From Patescibacteria group bacterium (GTDB lineage: Bacteria > Patescibacteriota > Patescibacteriia > UBA9570), in contig JBAZWO010000001.1 of the NCBI GenBank assembly GCA_041660305.1, positions 418,268 to 482,267 on the forward strand: DNA of 64,000 nucleotides. The letters run 5' to 3'. Under the pieces are notes generated by a model. The model did not search any database. It had not been told where the DNA came from and saw only the letters and a list, made by a program, of their open reading frames with translations. The translations under genes were made by a program, and so were the position numbers. Each line of letters begins with the position of its first letter. The first letter of the stretch is position 1. Positions 7,571 to 16,269 of this stretch are shown here, in pieces.

Positions 7571-7658
7571 GGAGAGGTGGCAGAGTTGGTTGAACGCGGC
7601 GCTCTCGAAAAGCGCTATGCCCGCAAGGGTATCGCGGGTTCGAATCCCGCCCTCTCCG
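7571..7658 (+). tRNA. tRNA-Ser (anticodon CGA)
   Basis: Acceptor GGAGAGG/CCTCTCC, anticodon stem GCGCT/AGCGC with loop CTCGAAA, long variable arm, T-loop GGTTCGAATCC. Confidence 0.9.
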
Positions 7659-7699
7659 CCTACGTCCCGAGTACTCGGGACTCCGGCGGACGAGTCCGC
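7659..7699 (+). repeat. tRNA-abutting twin-hairpin element, copy 1 (+)
   Basis: CC TACG TCCCGAG TA CTCGGGA CTCCGG then GCGGAC GA GTCCGC, starting directly after the discriminator base. Confidence 0.7.
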
Positions 7700-7727
7700 T
7701 AAGCCTATTTAAATAATAATTAAATTT

Positions 7728-7973
7728 ATGTCTGAAACTACTAAACGTGATTCTTTAGCGGTCGATCGCACTCATTTGGCTAATGAGCGCACATTGCTGG
7801 CTTATTGGCGTACCGGTTTATCATTTTTTGTATTAGGCGCTTTTATCTTGAAATTTGGCCTGTCGCTAGTTAGTTTTGTTTTGGCTATCTTGGCTATGTT
7901 ATTTGGTTTAGCTGTGTTTATATTTGGCACCAAGCGTTATATTGGCATGAAAAAAATTATTCATCAACGTTAA
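7728..7973 (+). CDS. DUF202 (YidH-like) membrane protein
   Basis: 81 aa. The motif DRTHLANERTLLAYWRTGLSF followed by two TM helices is characteristic of DUF202. Confidence 0.75.
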   Translation: MSETTKRDSLAVDRTHLANERTLLAYWRTGLSFFVLGAFILKFGLSLVSFVLAILAMLFGLAVFIFGTKRYIGMKKIIHQR

Positions 7974-7983
7974 TAACTATAAT

Positions 7984-8658
7984 ATGCGCATTCTCATTAT
8001 TGAAGACAATGAGAAACTAGCTTTTTCTCTAAAAAAAGGTTTAGAGCAAGATGGTAATACGATAAATTATGTGTTAGACGGTGAAGCTGGCGAACAATGT
8101 TTATTAACACAATATCAAAATTACGACGTAGTTATTTTAGATATTATGTTACCCAAACGTAACGGCCTAGATATTTGCAAAACTATCCGTAAACAAGGCA
8201 TTACCGTGCCTATATTAATATTAACTGCTAAAGATGATGTGGCTGATAAAATTACCGGCCTAGATTATGGCGCCGATGACTATTTAGTAAAACCCTTTGC
8301 TTTTGCAGAATTAGTCGCTCGTTTAAAGGCTTTGCACCGGCGTCCAATAGCTAGTACACCTGTTATATTATCTGCTGGGATATTAACCGTGAATACTACC
8401 ACTCACCAAGTACATTGCGCTAAACAAGAATTAACGTTAACCTTAAAAGAGTATCGCTTATTAGTTTATTTGCTACAACACTTAAATGAAGTAATTGCCC
8501 GCGAACAACTCTGGCAAACCTTGTGGAAAAATTCTACAGATACCATCAGTAATGTACTGGAAGCGCAAATTAAAAATTTACGAAAAAAAATAGCTCCCTA
8601 TGGATTGGAAAAAAATCTGGAAACAATACGTGGCTTGGGCTATCGCTTTAAAGCATAA
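7984..8658 (+). CDS. OmpR-family response regulator
   Basis: Receiver domain (MRILIIEDN...DVVILDIMLP...LTAKD) plus a winged-helix C-terminus (IETIRGLGYRFK). Confidence 0.9.
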   Translation: MRILIIEDNEKLAFSLKKGLEQDGNTINYVLDGEAGEQCLLTQYQNYDVVILDIMLPKRNGLDICKTIRKQGITVPILILTAKDDVADKITGLDYGADDYLVKPFAFAELVARLKALHRRPIASTPVILSAGILTVNTTTHQVHCAKQELTLTLKEYRLLVYLLQHLNEVIAREQLWQTLWKNSTDTISNVLEAQIKNLRKKIAPYGLEKNLETIRGLGYRFKA

Positions 8659-9628
8659 TATTTTTTGGCACGCCCGCATTAAACTTACTGTCTGGTATAG
8701 CCTAATTATTTTTGTTATTATTTCTATTTTTAGTAGCATGTTTTATTATAGTTTAGCCATTGAAATTCGTGATAACATTTTATTATCAGATATTGAAAAT
8801 CCAATTTTAATTAATGTGCTAATTAATCAAACGTTATTAAATATCCGGCGCATTATTATTATTGTTGATGGCGGCTTATTAATTGTTACCGCTGGTTTAG
8901 GTTATTTTTTAGCCGGAAAAACTCTGCAACCAATTCAAGCTATGTTACAAGCTCAACAACGTTTTATTGCCGATGCTTCACATGAATTACGCACTCCTTT
9001 AACAATTATTAAAACCACTACTGAAGTAGCTCTGCGCCAAACCAATCCAGCCGATTTTCAGCAAGCCTTAATTAGCAACCTGGAAGAAGTGAACAGCATG
9101 TCTAAAATCGTAGAAGATTTATTATGGCTAGCAAAACACCAGCAAACTAAGCCAACTTATGTTACTAAAAACGTTTCCCTGATTGCCTTGGCAAATAACG
9201 TCGGCCGCGCGATGCGGCCATTGGCTTTGAAAAAAAACATTAAATTAATCATAACCACTGCTGGCGCTGGTAATATATTAGGCAACGCCGATGATTTAGA
9301 ACATTTAATATTAAATTTATTAGATAACGCTATTAAATATACTCCCCGCCAAGGAATCGTTACTATAACTGTGCGGCCAAACAATGCCACAGTAACACTA
9401 ATCGTACAAGATTCTGGCCAAGGCATTGCCGCAAAAGATTTGCCTCATATTTTTGAACGATTTTACAAAGCCGATTCAGCTAGAACTTATACCAAACAAA
9501 GCGGCACCGGCTTGGGCTTGGCTATAGTGCAAACTATTGTAAAACAACATTATGGAACGATTACCGCTGAAAGTGCTGTGGGAGTCGGCACTCTATTTAC
9601 CGTGCATTTTCCCGCACATACCTCATAA
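8600..9628 (+). CDS. sensor histidine kinase (HisKA + HATPase_c)
   Basis: Two TM segments, H-box FIADASHELRTPLT, N-box LLDNAIKYTP and G-boxes DSGQGI / GTGLGLAIV. The true start is uncertain because the listed ATG overlaps the regulator gene by 59 nt. Confidence 0.85.
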   Translation: MDWKKIWKQYVAWAIALKHNIFWHARIKLTVWYSLIIFVIISIFSSMFYYSLAIEIRDNILLSDIENPILINVLINQTLLNIRRIIIIVDGGLLIVTAGLGYFLAGKTLQPIQAMLQAQQRFIADASHELRTPLTIIKTTTEVALRQTNPADFQQALISNLEEVNSMSKIVEDLLWLAKHQQTKPTYVTKNVSLIALANNVGRAMRPLALKKNIKLIITTAGAGNILGNADDLEHLILNLLDNAIKYTPRQGIVTITVRPNNATVTLIVQDSGQGIAAKDLPHIFERFYKADSARTYTKQSGTGLGLAIVQTIVKQHYGTITAESAVGVGTLFTVHFPAHTS

Positions 9629-11170
9629 GTCATTACCAGAATAAGACAAATTGAAGCTTTTATTGATTAATGGAAAATCAGGAATAAAATTACCTTTTCC
9701 CGCACAACCTAACACTGTCCAATTAATAAACGACGGATCGCGGACATCTACACGCGTTACCTTCCCCTCGAAATCCGTGACAACAAAATATACGATAGCC
9801 CCGCGCCAACCTTCTGTTACACCAATACCACAACTGTTTTTTCTGAGCTGGATTTCTTTATTAGATACCATTACATTATTAACCGTTAAACTCTGTAACG
9901 CTTGTTCTAAAATTTTTAATGAAGTTTGCACTTCATGAACACGCACCTGAAACCGACTCTGCACATCACCTTCCAGTTCTAATATCGTATCAAATTTCAG
10001 TTCCGAATAAGCCGCATAAGGATAATCAATACGCGCATCGTGCTTAATACCTATCGCTCGTCCGGCTATGCCAATAACACCATAATCTAACGCGATTTGA
10101 CGATCAAGTTTACCAGTTCCCTCTAGTCGATTAAACAATGTGCTACTCGTTTGCGCAATTTTCATCACCTCTGCAAAATCTTTGCCTATTTTTTTTAAAT
10201 CCTGCAACAAAACATGACACGCTTCAATAGAAATGTCTTTGGTAACACCACCAATACAATTAACTCCACGCAAAAATCTGCTGCCAGTAAGACGTTCATT
10301 GCACTGCATGATCATTTCACGCAGACGCGCGCCATTACTTCCGCCAAAACTATATCCAGTATCCAACATAATAAACCCGATATCATTAAAGTGATTAGCC
10401 AATCGTTCCAATTCAGAATAAATCACCCGTAAATAGTTGGTTTTTTTCGAAATGTTAATATCGGCCAAACTTTCAATGGCTTGGCAAAAAGCTAAAGCAT
10501 GCGTGAATGATGTATCTCCAGACACTCGTTCGGCTAACCGTACTTTATCAACCAGTGACAACGTTTCAAATAATTTCTCAATACCTTTGTGTTTATAGCC
10601 TAACTTTGGTTCTAATAAAATAATTTCTTCACCGGCTACGCTAAATCTAAAATGCCCCGGTTCTATAATGCCGGCATGTACCGGACCAACTGGAATTTCA
10701 TAAATCCCCTCACCATCAACTTTTTGGAATTCATAATTACCAACACTAAATGGCGGCCTTTGTTTCCAACTAACATCTTTTCGTAAGGGAAAAATATGTA
10801 CGGGCCAATTTTCGTGTAACAATATAGCTTTTGGATTAGGATGTCCAATCGGATTTAAACCAAAAAAGGTTTTAATTTTTCGTTCATAGCCAGATGCTTC
10901 TGGAATATCTTTAGTAAGAGATGGAAAATCTTCTGTATTATTTAGAATAATATAGGGCACAAGAAATACATTTTCTTTAGGAACACCGAAAATATACAAA
11001 ATCCTAAAGCCTACCCCATTTTTTCTTTCATCAGTGGCTGTGATGATTTTAAGTTGCAGTCGCTGCTTATAATACAGTTCTTTACAAATATTAACAATTT
11101 CGGAAATCGGAACCGGATAAGAAACAATATTATCATCTTGTTGAGTTTTAAAACGAGGATCGATATTCAT
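9623..11170 (-). CDS. HycE/HyfG-like large subunit (fused NuoC+NuoD-like) lacking the NiFe-binding cysteines
   Basis: 515 aa. Core PVGPVHAGIIEPGHFRF...LGYKHKGIEK matches group-4 hydrogenase/NuoD. The L1 position reads RVSGDTSFTH and the C-terminus reads NLSYSGNDL, where hydrogenases have RxCGxCxxxH and DPCxxCxxR. Confidence 0.85.
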   Translation of the reverse strand: MNIDPRFKTQQDDNIVSYPVPISEIVNICKELYYKQRLQLKIITATDERKNGVGFRILYIFGVPKENVFLVPYIILNNTEDFPSLTKDIPEASGYERKIKTFFGLNPIGHPNPKAILLHENWPVHIFPLRKDVSWKQRPPFSVGNYEFQKVDGEGIYEIPVGPVHAGIIEPGHFRFSVAGEEIILLEPKLGYKHKGIEKLFETLSLVDKVRLAERVSGDTSFTHALAFCQAIESLADINISKKTNYLRVIYSELERLANHFNDIGFIMLDTGYSFGGSNGARLREMIMQCNERLTGSRFLRGVNCIGGVTKDISIEACHVLLQDLKKIGKDFAEVMKIAQTSSTLFNRLEGTGKLDRQIALDYGVIGIAGRAIGIKHDARIDYPYAAYSELKFDTILELEGDVQSRFQVRVHEVQTSLKILEQALQSLTVNNVMVSNKEIQLRKNSCGIGVTEGWRGAIVYFVVTDFEGKVTRVDVRDPSFINWTVLGCAGKGNFIPDFPLINKSFNLSYSGNDL

Positions 11171-11171
11171 A

Positions 11172-12617
11172 TTAATACACAGAAGTAGCTGAATTGATTA
11201 ATAATGTTAACGGCGCTGGAATAAACAAACTAACTGTTACTAATATGATGATTAACATAATAATAGGCAACACTGTCCACTTACCTGCTTCGCCATGAGT
11301 TACTTGTTTTTCATTGTCTCCAAACATCATAGCAACCATGTGTTTAAAGAATCCAACAAACACAAGCACTAAACCAAATAATGCCAGCACTGTTACTGCC
11401 GGATGCTGTTGTATACCAGCCGATAAAATGGTAAATTCCGTCAAAAAAATACCAAACGGTGGTACCCCAGTAATCGCAAGGAACCCAATGATAAACGCGA
11501 CTCCAGTAATAGGCAGCACTGAAAGAGCCCCTTTAACATTAGCTATTTTTGTTGAGCTATATTTTAAGAATATATTGCCAGATGATAAAAATAGCAATGA
11601 TTTAGCCAAAGAATGATAAACCATATGCAAGAGAGCCGCAAACACACCATTGCCACCAAAACCAAAGCCTAATGCCATAATTCCCATATGCTCAATGCTT
11701 GAATAGGCCAGCAACCGTTTGTAATTTTTCTGACTTAGAATAATAAACGCCGGCACTAGGATTGATATTATGCCGAAAAAAATGAGCAGCTGTTGGGCAA
11801 ATAATGGACCAACCACCAAATCGACTACTACCTTAAAGCGTAAAATAGCAAAAAATGCTATGTTCAACAAAATACCAGAAAGCAGACTACTAATTGGCAC
11901 TGGTGCCTTGCTATGTGCATCTGGTAGCCAAGTATGCATGGGCACTAGCCCCATTTTCGTACCATAACCAACGAGGATAAAAATGAACGCCATTTTAACC
12001 ACAAACGGATCAAACCCGGTAATATTTGCCCAGATTGATTGCCAGGTTATTAAGCCGCCCTGTCCAGCTTGTAGTGCTGGATACAAAAACAATAACGTAC
12101 CAAAAAAACCAAGTAACAACCCTACTGAATTGATAATTAAATATTTCCAAGCCGCCTCAATAGCCGTTGGTTTATTGTAGAAGCTAATCAAAAAAGCTGT
12201 TGAAAGAGTAGTGGCCTCAACCGCAATCCACATTAAAATTGGATTAGTGGTACAAACGGCAAACAACATGGCCAAAATAAATAAATGTAAGAGCACAAAA
12301 TATTGTTTTATCTTATGAAAATCAATAATGCCCTTCGACATTTCCACAGCTAGATAGCCGCTAGAATACCAGGAAGCGGCCAAACCCACCACCGTTACAA
12401 TCATCATAATCAAGGCTCCCAAAGCATCAACGGAAAAATAAGGAATAAATTGATATGTTCCATCTTTAACAACTAGAGTTGTTATAACCAATGCGATTAT
12501 TAATTCCACTACAGCAGCACGGCTTACTACATAACTTAATTTAGCCATTTGTTTTTTAACAAAAAATGACAGTATTGAAGCGGTGAATGGCAAAACAATG
12601 AGAAGTAGTATTAACAT
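11172..12617 (-). CDS. antiporter-like subunit (HyfD/HyfF/NuoN/M family)
   Basis: 481 aa, polytopic, with VEATTLSTAF and GYGTKMGLVPMHTWLPDAHSKAPVPISSLLSG, the proton-conducting membrane transporter family motifs. Confidence 0.8.
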   Translation of the reverse strand: MLILLLIVLPFTASILSFFVKKQMAKLSYVVSRAAVVELIIALVITTLVVKDGTYQFIPYFSVDALGALIMMIVTVVGLAASWYSSGYLAVEMSKGIIDFHKIKQYFVLLHLFILAMLFAVCTTNPILMWIAVEATTLSTAFLISFYNKPTAIEAAWKYLIINSVGLLLGFFGTLLFLYPALQAGQGGLITWQSIWANITGFDPFVVKMAFIFILVGYGTKMGLVPMHTWLPDAHSKAPVPISSLLSGILLNIAFFAILRFKVVVDLVVGPLFAQQLLIFFGIISILVPAFIILSQKNYKRLLAYSSIEHMGIMALGFGFGGNGVFAALLHMVYHSLAKSLLFLSSGNIFLKYSSTKIANVKGALSVLPITGVAFIIGFLAITGVPPFGIFLTEFTILSAGIQQHPAVTVLALFGLVLVFVGFFKHMVAMMFGDNEKQVTHGEAGKWTVLPIIMLIIILVTVSLFIPAPLTLLINSATSVY

Positions 12618-12621
12618 AATT

Positions 12622-13281
12622 TTATTCTTCTTTTAAATTTTTCATGGCCGTTACATCTAATGAACCAACTTGCCGAAAAACCAACGTTGCAAATACCGTG
12701 GCAATCATTACCCATACCAAAATATCAAATAAGATGCCTACCTGTAGCCCAGGAGCTTGTTCTAATCCCGCTAAAAAAGCAAAGGAAACAATGGCATTTT
12801 CTAATGATAAGATACCAATCATTTGTGATAAAGCTCCTTTGCGATTAATCACTAAAAACACCGAAATAAGGAGCATGGCTATGGCCAAGGGCAACATATC
12901 TACATTTTGTTCAGTCAAAACCGTAAGTGGTTTAAACAGGTCGGAATAAGTGAAGGCTGTTAACATGGCTATGATAATCAATGTAACCGGCGCATTTAAA
13001 TAAGTACTAGCTGAAAATGTTATTTGATGTTCGCGAATAAGTCGATAAAAAAACTGGGGAGCAACGATTACTTTTAATACAAAAACTAACACTGCTATAA
13101 ACAAGGGCAGCCATGATGGTTGTTGTAATGCCGAGCTAAATAATAACACCGCCACAATTAACGACTGTACCAGGTAAAGCGTAATGGTAGAAGAACTTTT
13201 TCTAGACAAGTGCATAAAAATTACCAATAAAAACAGTAATATCTGAAGAAAAAATAAAATTTGTGTTGAGTTAGAAATCAT
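12622..13281 (-). CDS. HyfE-like small membrane subunit (NuoK-related)
   Basis: 219 aa with about 7 TM segments. It occupies the HyfE position between the NuoH-like and NuoN-like genes; the motif GILSLENAIVSFAF is HyfE-like. Confidence 0.65.
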   Translation of the reverse strand: MISNSTQILFFLQILLFLLVIFMHLSRKSSSTITLYLVQSLIVAVLLFSSALQQPSWLPLFIAVLVFVLKVIVAPQFFYRLIREHQITFSASTYLNAPVTLIIIAMLTAFTYSDLFKPLTVLTEQNVDMLPLAIAMLLISVFLVINRKGALSQMIGILSLENAIVSFAFLAGLEQAPGLQVGILFDILVWVMIATVFATLVFRQVGSLDVTAMKNLKEE

Positions 13282-13285
13282 GCTG

Positions 13286-14215
13286 CTAGATAATTAAACT
13301 AATAGCGATAAGACTTAATATGAACGAAATAAATAATAAATCCGGTAATCTAAAAAATCTATATTTTGCAATACTCGATTCTAAAATGGCAACGAAACTA
13401 CTAATAAATGTTACTTTCAATATTAATAATCCTAACGCAATTCCAATACTGAGCCACCCCATAGTTATTGCAATTCCCCATGGAAAAAACAGATTAGCAC
13501 CTAACGCTAGAAAGATTAAAAATTTACTGGCCGCTGCCCATTCTATTAATGCTAATCTCTTGCCCGAATACTCCAAAATCATCGCTTCATGAATCATAGT
13601 TAGTTCCAGATGAGTAGCTGGATTATCAAATGGAAAGCGCGCTGTTTCCGCTAGCAGTGCCAACACAAAGGCCAAAAAAGCCAACACAACTGGAGCAAAC
13701 GAATATAATGACAACGAAGAAATGGCCGCCGTTATTTTAAACAGATTCGTAGAATGAGCTGCTAGCGCTACGGCTAATAACGAAAATATTAACCCGCCTT
13801 CAGTTAACGCTGCTACCGTCATTTCTCGACTCGAACCAAACCCACCAAAGGCGCTACCTACATCGATACCGGCTAAGGCCAAAAAAAACGTGCTAAGAGC
13901 CATTAAGTACACAATAACCAATAAATCACTTAGAAAATTATTAGAAAATACTACTGTAACCAATGGAATACTAGCACCCACAATAATCATAACCGCAAAA
14001 ATAAGATAGGGCGCAAATTTAAATATCCAAGACGCATCGGTGCTGATAACCTCATCTTTATGTAATAATTTCCATAAATCTCGATACGGTTGTACAACAC
14101 TAGCACCTGCTCTGTTCTGAAATTTGGCTTTAATTTTTCTTACTAATCCAATAAACAACGGTGACAAAAATGGTACCAGTAGTAATTGAATTGTCCAAAA
14201 AATAATAGTGTCCAT
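13286..14215 (-). CDS. NuoH/HycD/HyfC-like membrane subunit
   Basis: 309 aa, polytopic, with RKIKAKFQNRAGASVVQPYRDLWKLL and FGGFGSSREM, typical of the NuoH/HycD family. Confidence 0.8.
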   Translation of the reverse strand: MDTIIFWTIQLLLVPFLSPLFIGLVRKIKAKFQNRAGASVVQPYRDLWKLLHKDEVISTDASWIFKFAPYLIFAVMIIVGASIPLVTVVFSNNFLSDLLVIVYLMALSTFFLALAGIDVGSAFGGFGSSREMTVAALTEGGLIFSLLAVALAAHSTNLFKITAAISSLSLYSFAPVVLAFLAFVLALLAETARFPFDNPATHLELTMIHEAMILEYSGKRLALIEWAAASKFLIFLALGANLFFPWGIAITMGWLSIGIALGLLILKVTFISSFVAILESSIAKYRFFRLPDLLFISFILSLIAISLII

Positions 14216-14221
14216 AGCTTT

Positions 14222-16267
14222 CTAGATAACTAAAAATACTAACAAGATCATTAGACTAATAAATAGATATAACACATAAATATTAACGCTGCCACTTTGA
14301 ATTTTTTTCATTTGCTCAGAAATTTTTGTAACCACTTTAATTATCGGTTGATAAAAGTAAGTACCGTAAACATCTTCAATTTCAAGCTTTACGCTCATAG
14401 GCTTTGGAACATAGCGCATCGCCACATCGTGATACTCAATACCCGTTTGTTTCGTAGGTTTTAGTATTCCACTAAAAATAGTAATAATCGACCGCGCAAA
14501 GCCAGTGGCGGTTATTTCCATACGCGAACCTAATTGCGTTCCGCAATCCCAAGTGGCCGCTTTAGTTATCGTTCTATCGCGCGTCAACCGGTGTACTATA
14601 AAAAATATCATTACCATTGCTAATACCAAACTGATAAAAATAGTTGGTACTGAAACAGCGGCAAAACCATCTTGTAAACTAACTGAACTTAAATTAGACA
14701 GCACCACGCCATTTACATGATAAAAAGGATTTAAATTGGCAATAACCGACAAGAGAATAGCCGTTACAGCACCTGAGAATAATCCTATTAGGAGAGTGAG
14801 AACGGCTAAGATAGCCATGCCAATTCTCAATGATAAAGACACCTCTTTCGTTTGACGCACTGCTTCACTTCTCGGCCGAGCTAAAAAAGTAGTCCCAAAT
14901 GCCTTAACAAAGCAAGCGGCAGCCAATCCACCGGTAAAAGCTAATGCTCCGGCAGCCAATAAAAATATCCATTGCACGGAAACATCTAACGATCTTATAC
15001 CACTAAATAACGTTTGAAACGTGATCCACTCACTAAAAAACCCATTAAACGGGGGTAGTGCGGAAATAGCGATAGAGCCGATTAAAAAGAAAAAAGCAGT
15101 CTGTGGCATGTATTTAATGATTCCGCCATAAGCCTCGATATTTCTGGTTTTCATTTTTAAAATTACTGAACCAGCTCCTAAAAATAATAATGCTTTAAAG
15201 ATAGCGTGATTCAAAGTATGAAACAATGCCGCTACCAAACCAAGCATGGCTAAAGATTTCATATCCAGCGCTAGAAACACCAATGAACTTCCTAATCCTA
15301 ATAAAATAATCCCAATATTCTCAATACTATGATAAGCTAGTAGTTTTTTAATGTCGTGTTCAGTGAGAGCGTATAATACACCCAATAGTGCCGATATTGA
15401 TCCTATAATTATTATAATAATACCCCACCACAATGGTACATTAGGCATGAGATCAATAAAAATCCGAATAAACATGTATACCCCTGTTTTGATCATGACT
15501 CCAGACATTAATGCGGACACATGCGAAGGAGAAGCAGGATGAGCTTTTGGCAACCAAATATGAACTGGAATAATACCAGCTTTCGTACCAAAACCAAGCA
15601 ATGAGAGTATGAAAATAATATTTTTTATAAGCGGAGAAACATTGCCAAGTTGCCCTTTAATAACCAAAAAATCAAATGACCCTGTAGCTTGATAGAGTAA
15701 TAAAAAAGCGCACATGATAAACGCGGTGCCAATGTGCGTCATAATAAAATAAAGTGACCCGGCTTTAATATTATCTTTTTCCTTATGTTCAAAAATAACC
15801 AAAAAATACGAAGCCAGTGACATGATTTCCCATACGATCAAGAAAAAAAAGGTGTTCGAAGCACTCACTACTAATATCATCCCCGCTATGAACAGATTGT
15901 AGAAAAAACCTAAGGCGCCCAGACTGTATTGTTTGTAATAATGTTTTACATAGCCTAGCGCATAAATCGAGGCACACAATGAAATTAGTGTGATAATAAA
16001 AATAAAAAAAGCTGCTAACTTATCTATATTAAATGATAAAGTTAGTAACGACAACGATGAACCGCTGCTATAAGAGAAGGTTGCGCCAAAAAGCAATACA
16101 GTTACTGAAGCTATTAGCCCTGTAATGGCACCTACCATAGAAAAAGTATTCCCCCATAAATTAGCCGCATGATCATTCTTTCTTAACCATAACGAACCAA
16201 GCGCTCCAATTATTAAGGCTATTAGAGACGAAAAAAAGAAAAATTGAGCTAAGCTAGAACTAAACAT
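14222..16267 (-). CDS. NuoL/HycC/HyfB-like antiporter-like subunit
   Basis: 681 aa with WEIMSLASYFLV and GFGTKAGIIPVHIWLPKAHPASPSHVSALMSGVMIKTG, the HyfB/NuoL family motifs. Confidence 0.85.
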   Translation of the reverse strand: MFSSSLAQFFFFSSLIALIIGALGSLWLRKNDHAANLWGNTFSMVGAITGLIASVTVLLFGATFSYSSGSSLSLLTLSFNIDKLAAFFIFIITLISLCASIYALGYVKHYYKQYSLGALGFFYNLFIAGMILVVSASNTFFFLIVWEIMSLASYFLVIFEHKEKDNIKAGSLYFIMTHIGTAFIMCAFLLLYQATGSFDFLVIKGQLGNVSPLIKNIIFILSLLGFGTKAGIIPVHIWLPKAHPASPSHVSALMSGVMIKTGVYMFIRIFIDLMPNVPLWWGIIIIIIGSISALLGVLYALTEHDIKKLLAYHSIENIGIILLGLGSSLVFLALDMKSLAMLGLVAALFHTLNHAIFKALLFLGAGSVILKMKTRNIEAYGGIIKYMPQTAFFFLIGSIAISALPPFNGFFSEWITFQTLFSGIRSLDVSVQWIFLLAAGALAFTGGLAAACFVKAFGTTFLARPRSEAVRQTKEVSLSLRIGMAILAVLTLLIGLFSGAVTAILLSVIANLNPFYHVNGVVLSNLSSVSLQDGFAAVSVPTIFISLVLAMVMIFFIVHRLTRDRTITKAATWDCGTQLGSRMEITATGFARSIITIFSGILKPTKQTGIEYHDVAMRYVPKPMSVKLEIEDVYGTYFYQPIIKVVTKISEQMKKIQSGSVNIYVLYLFISLMILLVFLVI

Positions 16268-16269
16268 AG

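Noticed and set aside
8600-8658. A 59-nt overlap between the response regulator and histidine kinase genes as a programmed feature.
   Set aside because: It is more likely that the kinase uses a later or alternative start codon. The overlap region encodes no kinase motif.
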